The notes below the pieces were generated by a model. It was not told the DNA's origin and did no database searches. It worked only from the letters and a program-made list of their open reading frames with translations. From Alphaproteobacteria bacterium (GTDB lineage: Bacteria > Pseudomonadota > Alphaproteobacteria > RF32 > CAG-239), in contig JAFUBQ010000007.1 in assembly GCA_017460085.1 (NCBI GenBank), positions 1,046 to 65,045 of the forward strand: DNA of 64,000 bases. The letters are read 5' to 3'. Below are positions 57,462-64,000 of the stretch, one piece after another. Both the position numbers and the translations under genes were made by a program. Positions within the stretch are counted from its first letter, which is position 1, and every line of letters starts with the position of its first letter.

Positions 57462-60173
57462 TTAATAACTCAATATCTGTTCAATATCATTAGCCTCAAA
57501 TATTTCAGGCAATACCATTCCCTCTCGCATCAGCGGTGTATAAATAATATAAAACGGTAAGCCTTTGCGGCCATAGCGAGCCATATATTGCAATGTTTCT
57601 TCATTATAGTTCGTCCAATCGGCCTTAATAAGGTCAAGATGATAGCGCTCATGCCAATAATCTAAATTTTTCTTAGTGAAAACCACCGCATTATTATAAT
57701 GACAGGTTAAACACCAATCGGCGCTGATTTCAAGCAAAACAGAACGTCCGGCGTTAAGCTTTTCTTTAATAAGATTTGTGTTGACTGTTGTTTGCCTTTC
57801 AGCCAAATTCTGTGCATAGTTTTCATTATAGGCGTTTTGCGCCGTATATATAGCAACCGCAGATAGCAACGCAGTCACAACAAGCACAACATATTTTCCG
57901 TTTTTACGTGCGGACAATTCTATTTCAGAAGGAATTTCCGTTTCAATGCGCTCATCTAAATAAGCCATATAGCGAAAATATACTTTAAGTAATAATATAA
58001 AACACAGCAAAATAAGCACCAATTTCCATATATATCCGGTGCTTGTTTGCCGATATATCAAACTGATAAACCAAACTGCAGTAAGCCAAATTAAAATGCG
58101 GGCAAAAATATTAAGTTTTTGCATCCACGCACCTGGTTTAGGAAATAGAGTTTGCGGATTTTTAAGGCATAAAACCATAAAATACGGCAAACATAAACCA
58201 ATGGCCACAGCATATAAAATTATAATTATATCCGTGCGGCTTCCGGATAAGGCAAAACCAACCACCGTTGCCAAATAAGGACCGGTGCAAGGAGTCGCCA
58301 ATAAAACAATTAACGTGCCGTATAAAATATCTTTAATACAGCTCTTTGAGTGCATATCAGGCATTATATTTGCCGTAAGCTGCCAAGAGTTTGCGCTTAT
58401 TGCAAAATACACAACCATAAAGAGCATAACAACCAAAAACGACATCTGCTGATATTGCATACCCCAACCAAGAGCATAGCCAATGGTTTTTGCAATAAGT
58501 AAAATACCGATAATTAGCGTAAAACCGCACAATATACCCAAAATTGTCAGTCCTAAAGAGCGGCGCAGTTGTTTTGTGTTATAAAGTGCATGACTTATAG
58601 CGGTAATTTTAAACGATAAAACCGGAAAAACACAAGGCATAAAATTTAAAATTAATCCGCCGATAACGGCAATTATTATAAGCCCCAAATTCAGCGTTGG
58701 CTTATCAATATCAAATTCAGAAGGAAGTTTAGCAAAAAGTTCTTGCCGCAAAAATTGATGATTGTTTAAATTAGCGCTGATAATAAACAGCGAATCTATA
58801 AGGTTATATTTGAGCGGTTTTTGCGGTAAAAAGCGCACAAAAATGCGGTTATCGCTAATGCTGATTAGCGGTGCTGCAAAAAGCGTATACCCGTCTTTTT
58901 CTTCTACATAAACTTGAAAATGATGAACATTTTCATCTGCCGCGAATTCCAAGCGCAAAGATTGACCGGCATAATCATTATCTACAACAAATTTTTTCAA
59001 GGTCAGTTTTTGAGGCTTTTCTAAAGGGTTTTGTGCTAGCGATACGGCAAAAAAATTATCAAACCCGTTTTCAAAGATTTCTTCTCCGCTCGGTTTAATT
59101 TCCAGCTCTGGCATAAAATTTTGCACTTCACAATATTGCAGCGCATTGCACAGCGTTGCCGTAATCTTGGCATTAATCTTAAGCGGTTTGTTAACATCTT
59201 TCAGCGTAATTTTTATAGGAACCAAAAAATCTCCGAAATATTTATGCCAAGCAGGAACAGAACGGCTGGAAAACGGAACCGGATATAAAATTTTATAATC
59301 TTCAATATTTTCCGAGTCGCTTAAATCGATATTTAATTTAGGTAAATCTTCAGCTGCATTATTAGCTAAGATAAAATGTCTTTCGTCGGTTAAAAAATGA
59401 ATGGCGGCAATTAATTCTTTTTGCCCGTCAATATAATTTTTTCTAGAAATAATTTGTAAACTTACATTTTTGCCCGATATAAGCTCGGATATGCTTTCTT
59501 CGGAAAATAGCGGATTTTTATATTTATACCCGTAAAAGGGAATTTTTTTCCATTCTATTTTGTTTAATGCATAATTCATTTTATCAAAAAACGACGCATC
59601 TTTTTGGCTGGCTTTTTTAAAATCTTCAATTGCTTTTATTTCATCTTGATTATTAGCGTAGCTCAAAAACTTTTTAAAATTATAAACTTTGATAAACTCA
59701 TCATCATCGGCTTCTATATAAGATACTTCTCCGGTTTTATCAAACTCGGTTTCATTATGCACAGCTTTATATATATGCGGAACCAACGTTTTTTTTATAA
59801 AATCATTATAAATATCTCGTCCCGCATTATACGCGGCAATTATATTGCGCAGTAAAGCTGCTTTGCCATGCAAGTCGTCATCTGTATCGGTTGGAAAAAA
59901 AGGTTTTAATTCATTAATAAAATCATCTTGATAAAAGATGTTTTCATCGGGATATTTTTGGTAAAAATATTGGCCTATTTCCCATAAAATCATACCATAT
60001 CCCTGCGCACTGAGTTCCGAACCGTTTTCACTTTGGCTTTCGCTTATATATTGCAAAGTAAAAGCGCCGGAAAAATCGTCCGGCAACATTGTTTTTTCAT
60101 TAGCAGCGGCAAAACTATTGAAAATCGTTAAGATATAAACTATATAACAAAATAAACACTTTTTCATTTTCAT
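57462..60173 (-). CDS. dsbD: DsbD-family thiol:disulfide interchange protein
   Basis: N-terminal periplasmic region with C.....C, TM domain GGLILNFMPCVFPVLS and ATPCTGP, C-terminal ADWCLTC thioredoxin. Start approximate. Confidence 0.88.
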   Translation of the reverse strand: MKMKKCLFCYIVYILTIFNSFAAANEKTMLPDDFSGAFTLQYISESQSENGSELSAQGYGMILWEIGQYFYQKYPDENIFYQDDFINELKPFFPTDTDDDLHGKAALLRNIIAAYNAGRDIYNDFIKKTLVPHIYKAVHNETEFDKTGEVSYIEADDDEFIKVYNFKKFLSYANNQDEIKAIEDFKKASQKDASFFDKMNYALNKIEWKKIPFYGYKYKNPLFSEESISELISGKNVSLQIISRKNYIDGQKELIAAIHFLTDERHFILANNAAEDLPKLNIDLSDSENIEDYKILYPVPFSSRSVPAWHKYFGDFLVPIKITLKDVNKPLKINAKITATLCNALQYCEVQNFMPELEIKPSGEEIFENGFDNFFAVSLAQNPLEKPQKLTLKKFVVDNDYAGQSLRLEFAADENVHHFQVYVEEKDGYTLFAAPLISISDNRIFVRFLPQKPLKYNLIDSLFIISANLNNHQFLRQELFAKLPSEFDIDKPTLNLGLIIIAVIGGLILNFMPCVFPVLSFKITAISHALYNTKQLRRSLGLTILGILCGFTLIIGILLIAKTIGYALGWGMQYQQMSFLVVMLFMVVYFAISANSWQLTANIMPDMHSKSCIKDILYGTLIVLLATPCTGPYLATVVGFALSGSRTDIIIILYAVAIGLCLPYFMVLCLKNPQTLFPKPGAWMQKLNIFARILIWLTAVWFISLIYRQTSTGYIWKLVLILLCFILLLKVYFRYMAYLDERIETEIPSEIELSARKNGKYVVLVVTALLSAVAIYTAQNAYNENYAQNLAERQTTVNTNLIKEKLNAGRSVLLEISADWCLTCHYNNAVVFTKKNLDYWHERYHLDLIKADWTNYNEETLQYMARYGRKGLPFYIIYTPLMREGMVLPEIFEANDIEQILSY

Positions 60174-60257
60174 TAAAACATAAAAAATCTTTTCTTTTAG
60201 TGGGAATAATGGTAACATATAAAAGGTAAACAAACAATTATTTTTTTAGTGCGGACG

Positions 60258-60830
60258 ATGGATAAATTTGATAGTAAATATGCTCTGACGGGCAAATTTT
60301 TGGTGGCAATGCCTAATAACAACGATGATTTTTTTAATCATTCGCTGGTTTATATATGTTCACACGGACGCAATGGCGCTATGGGGCTAATTGTTAACAA
60401 GCGTTTGGATACATTCACCTTTTCAGATTTAACCTTCCAATTACCTGTGCGCAACTTTGCTAAGCTGAATGAGGTCAGCCTCTATGCCGGAGGGCCTTTG
60501 GAAAAAGTTCGCGGTATGGTATTACATTCTACTGACTATTTCCGTGACGGAACGGTTGAAATAGGCCACGGAATTGCGGTTTCGGCTTCGTCAGAAATTA
60601 TTGCCGATATTGCTTTTGACCGAGGACCTTCCGAAAAACTGGTGGCATTAGGCTATTCTTATTGGGAACCGCATCAACTGGAAAACGAAATTTTTAATAA
60701 TGATTGGTTGGTGCTTGAGGCTCACCGTGATTTGTTGTTTAATACGCCTGATGAAGAAAAATGGCAACGTGCTTTAGATGAAAGCGGCATTAATTTAGAT
60801 AGTTTTGTATCCGTCACCGGTCATAGCTGA
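60258..60830 (+). CDS. YqgE/AlgH family protein
   Basis: LTGKFLVAMP, GAMGLIVN, GGP...RGMVLHS, LGYSYW..QLENEI..NDWL, C-terminal GHS. Confidence 0.92.
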   Translation: MDKFDSKYALTGKFLVAMPNNNDDFFNHSLVYICSHGRNGAMGLIVNKRLDTFTFSDLTFQLPVRNFAKLNEVSLYAGGPLEKVRGMVLHSTDYFRDGTVEIGHGIAVSASSEIIADIAFDRGPSEKLVALGYSYWEPHQLENEIFNNDWLVLEAHRDLLFNTPDEEKWQRALDESGINLDSFVSVTGHS

Positions 60831-60946
60831 TGCACAATATGTTTTATTGGTTTTATTTTAACGATTGGCATTTTTAATTTTTTACCTTGAAACAGAATAT
60901 TTTTTATATTAACATACTGCAGGTTATTTATGTTTTAGAGGGAAAT

Positions 60947-62071
60947 ATGTTTAAGTTTTTCTTTTTTTTATTGCTTATATGCTTAATCGGTCATCCGGCT
61001 GATGCTGAAGAAGTTATGTCGGAAGACATGCTGCTGGGAAATAATGTTGGAAGTCCTACTACGCAAACGGTTGATACAAATGAAGTGCAATCGGATAATG
61101 CGCTTGGTTCATCTTGGTGGAATTTTATTAAGAAACCTTTATCTTTGTTTTCTTCCTCTGCAACAGATACAATATTAAGCGAAGACGGAAAAGAGGAAAC
61201 TTTACTAGAAAAAAGCGAACGGCAAGCAAAAGAAGGAAACTTGGAAGACCAAATGAATTTGGGATACATGTATTTATATGGCAGCAACGGAGTTCAACAA
61301 GATTTTGATAAAGCATTTGAATATTATACTATGGCCGCCAAGCAAAATGATGCCATCGCTTTAAATAATTTAGGAAGTTTGTATTTCAGCGGTATCGGTA
61401 CAAAGCAAGATACACTCTCGGCCTTAAAACTTTTTGCCAAAGCTGCCGAGTTGGGTAATGACAATGCGGCTGTTAATTTAGCATTTATATATTTGAGCGG
61501 CGGCACTAAAGATGAAGAGCGTAACAACAAAGCTATAAAACTTTTTAAACAAGCCGCCGAAAAAGGTAATAATATTGCTAAATTTATGTTAGGATATGCA
61601 TATTATAAAGGTTTCATGCTCGAACCTAATAATGCAAAAGCCTATAAACTTATTACTGCAGCAGCAACAGGTGATGCTTCGTTTGATGAAGCGCAAATAG
61701 TTCAAGGCGAAATGCTGATAGAAGGCAAAGGAACGGTTCAGAACTATCAAAAAGGTATTGCGGCAATTCGCTCGGCAGTAAGTCAGGGAAATTTAGATGC
61801 CATTATTGTAGCTGCCAAAATTTACAGCATAAAAAAATATACGCAGCCTAATTTGTTAATGGCTCATGCACTATATAACATAGCCGCATCGCAAAATGTT
61901 GCCGGAGCTGCCCAAATGCGTGATGAAATTGAAACAAAATTGCCGTTGGAACAACTTTCACAAGCTCAGGCAGAAGCGCAGAAATATACACCGAATCCTT
62001 CAGAATTAACTTCTTATATTCGCCAGACATTCGGTCATAATATTCGTAGCTACATTGATAATAATATGTAA
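60947..62071 (+). CDS. Exported Sel1-repeat protein
   Basis: Signal peptide; repeated NLG.MY..G.GV.QD..KA units. Confidence 0.88.
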   Translation: MFKFFFFLLLICLIGHPADAEEVMSEDMLLGNNVGSPTTQTVDTNEVQSDNALGSSWWNFIKKPLSLFSSSATDTILSEDGKEETLLEKSERQAKEGNLEDQMNLGYMYLYGSNGVQQDFDKAFEYYTMAAKQNDAIALNNLGSLYFSGIGTKQDTLSALKLFAKAAELGNDNAAVNLAFIYLSGGTKDEERNNKAIKLFKQAAEKGNNIAKFMLGYAYYKGFMLEPNNAKAYKLITAAATGDASFDEAQIVQGEMLIEGKGTVQNYQKGIAAIRSAVSQGNLDAIIVAAKIYSIKKYTQPNLLMAHALYNIAASQNVAGAAQMRDEIETKLPLEQLSQAQAEAQKYTPNPSELTSYIRQTFGHNIRSYIDNNM

Positions 62072-62080
62072 GAGAAACAA

Positions 62081-63028
62081 ATGCTGATAAAAAATAAAAA
62101 ACGTTTTTTCAAAAAATTAATTTCATGGTCGGGACTTTTCTTTTTCGGGTTGGCTGCTTTTATGATATACCGGCAATTGGCAAAATATACATTGGTGGAA
62201 ATTAAAGACGCAATTATAGCCGTGCCGAATAAAAATATTTTTTATGCTTGCGTAGCATCTTTTTTGGGTTATATGGCGTTATCATCTTACGATTTTTTAG
62301 CGTTGAAATATATAAAGCATAAATTAGCAACGTGGAAATGGATTTTTGCCGGTTTCATCGGCTTTGCCGTTAGCAACAATGCTGGACACGCTATTGTTTC
62401 CGGCGGTGCAATCAGATATAGGCTATATACACGTTGGCGCGTTCAAGCTGCAGAAATTGTAAAAATGGTTATGTTTTCCGGTTTCACTTATTTGGTAGCA
62501 TGCTGCTTTTTGGTTATGCTTGGCTTCTTTTTATCTCCTGGACATTTGTTGGCATCAATTTCTTCTCCGCTGATAAATTGGAGCTTAATGATTTTTTCTA
62601 TTGGCGGGCTAATATTCTATTTGTGGGTATGTGCTTATTATAAAAAGCCTATTATAATTAAAGAAGTTGAATTTAATGCCCCAAGTGTTAAGATGGCAAT
62701 AGCTCAAATGATTATAGGAAGCGCCGATATTTTAATGGCTTCGCTGGTTTTATATTTTGTTATGGAAAGCTATGTTGACATTCCGTTTGTCACATTTATC
62801 GGCGCATTTATCGTGGCACAGGTTCTTGGCGTATATAGTCAGGTTCCGGGTGGGCTTGGTGTGTTTGAACTGGTATTCACAAATCTGATGCCGGAAGAAG
62901 AAAATCAAGCCAATTTATTTGCCATTTTGGTTTTATATCGCATAATTTACTATTTATTGCCGCTGGTTATTTCCGGTATTGTTTTGTTTTCATATGAAAT
63001 CCGTTTGGCTCGCCGCAAAAAAAAGTAA
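62081..63028 (+). CDS. MprF-like transmembrane domain protein (lysylphosphatidylglycerol synthase TM region only)
   Basis: SYDFLAL, SGGAIRYRLY, SQVPGGLGVFE, YRIIYYLLP; no C-terminal synthase domain. Confidence 0.85.
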   Translation: MLIKNKKRFFKKLISWSGLFFFGLAAFMIYRQLAKYTLVEIKDAIIAVPNKNIFYACVASFLGYMALSSYDFLALKYIKHKLATWKWIFAGFIGFAVSNNAGHAIVSGGAIRYRLYTRWRVQAAEIVKMVMFSGFTYLVACCFLVMLGFFLSPGHLLASISSPLINWSLMIFSIGGLIFYLWVCAYYKKPIIIKEVEFNAPSVKMAIAQMIIGSADILMASLVLYFVMESYVDIPFVTFIGAFIVAQVLGVYSQVPGGLGVFELVFTNLMPEEENQANLFAILVLYRIIYYLLPLVISGIVLFSYEIRLARRKKK

Positions 63029-63038
63029 AAAATTTCAT

Positions 63039-63557
63039 TTATTGAATAATACCGCAGGCAATACGCTCCCCTCCTCCACCTAAAGGTTGCGGTTGGTCAC
63101 TATAGTTGTCACCGCCGGCATGAATGACTATTGCTCGGTTTTTAATTTTCTCGGCTGTAAGTTTCGGCATATAAAATGAAGTTTTTACCGTACCATCAGC
63201 TAACACATTAAGCGCAGGTAAATCCCCTAAATGTCCGTGCCCATCCGGTCCTAAATGCTGTTTTGTGTGCATAGGGTCAAAATGGTCGCCAGCAGCAAGT
63301 GCCGGTTGCATATTTCCGCTTTTATCCGCTGCTGCAGCACAACTGGCATTTTCGTGAATGTGAAAACCATGCACTCCTGATGGTAAATTTTGTAAATCAA
63401 CCTCCACCAACAAACCTTGCGGAGTGTCTGTGAATAAAACTTCGCCTATTTTTGCTCCGCGCCCCTCAATTTGCGCTGCATAAATTTCTGATTTTGCCTG
63501 ATTGTCTTTGGCTTGACATGCACTAAGTATTACCATTAGCAGTATCCATCCTTTCAT
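63039..63557 (-). CDS. sodC: Cu/Zn superoxide dismutase, lipoprotein-type
   Basis: Lipobox LSAC; HGFHIH, GDHFDP, HLGP, GHLGDLP, IHAGGDN, RIACG. Confidence 0.93.
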   Translation of the reverse strand: MKGWILLMVILSACQAKDNQAKSEIYAAQIEGRGAKIGEVLFTDTPQGLLVEVDLQNLPSGVHGFHIHENASCAAAADKSGNMQPALAAGDHFDPMHTKQHLGPDGHGHLGDLPALNVLADGTVKTSFYMPKLTAEKIKNRAIVIHAGGDNYSDQPQPLGGGGERIACGIIQ

Positions 63558-63716
63558 TTTTTTCTCCAACAAATTTGAACAATAAACAATATAAATTTTT
63601 ATGTTGCAAAAACAGCCTGACCAAAATATCTGCATAAACGGCAATATATTTTATTTTTTCAACTTATTTTTAAAGATTCTGCTCTAGAATCTGTTGCAGA
63701 TTGAAAGGGAAAAATT

Positions 63717-64000
63717 TTGTTACAAAACATAGCAGAAAGCATAAGCTACATTTGTTCAACCATAAAAAGTTCGTTTGTGTCGGCATTTTTTTTAGCAGCG
63801 GCACTAATGGTCTTTTATGCACAAAATCCTTTTGAACCGATAATAGGGCAAACATTTTACGGCATATTTCTTGCAGCTTCGTGCTGTGGCTTGGTTTTAT
63901 TATATTTGATAAATCGCACAAAACCGTTTTTCAGTTTTTTAATTGGTGTAACAACATTTATATTTATTAATCATTTGAAAAAAACATACGGAGCCGAATT
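63717..64000 (+). CDS. Membrane protein, 3'-partial (runs off the right edge)
   Basis: GAAAGGGA SD, then TTG and an open frame MLQNIAES...KKTYGAE with three hydrophobic segments. Not in the ORF track. Confidence 0.65.
   Translation, partial: MLQNIAESISYICSTIKSSFVSAFFLAAALMVFYAQNPFEPIIGQTFYGIFLAASCCGLVLLYLINRTKPFFSFLIGVTTFIFINHLKKTYGAE

Noticed and set aside
63670-63921. 83-aa minus-strand ORF
   Set aside because: It is the shadow of the plus-strand partial membrane-protein gene starting at 63717.

Overview
An AT-rich window from the chromosome of a Gram-negative bacterium. Gene content and order (pyrH-frr-uppS-cdsA-rseP-bamA-lpxD-fabZ, plsY-dprA-topA, dsbD/yqgE) point to an alphaproteobacterium, and PFOR plus HydE suggest an anaerobic, probably gut-type lineage (inference). 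It holds about 45 CDS, three tRNAs (Gln-CTG, Arg-TCT, Val-TAC) and a 4650-aa autotransporter. The most interesting signals are non-coding or unannotated. (1) Three paralogous repeat-domain proteins at 37030-40818, the first two each preceded by a conserved structured ~150-nt leader with a covarying stem and a crossing or switching helix. (2) A type I toxin-antitoxin-like cassette at 54985-55274: a 20-aa peptide with a sequestered SD, an anti-anti-SD helix and a cis-antisense sRNA. (3) Three tandem 155-bp structured repeats sitting in the T-loop of a duplicated tRNA-Val 3' end. (4) A multi-stem RNA with a terminator upstream of an HTH gene at 41858-42005. (5) An internally deleted IS200-like remnant at about 22823-23002. 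All protein family calls come from motif recognition, not database searches.
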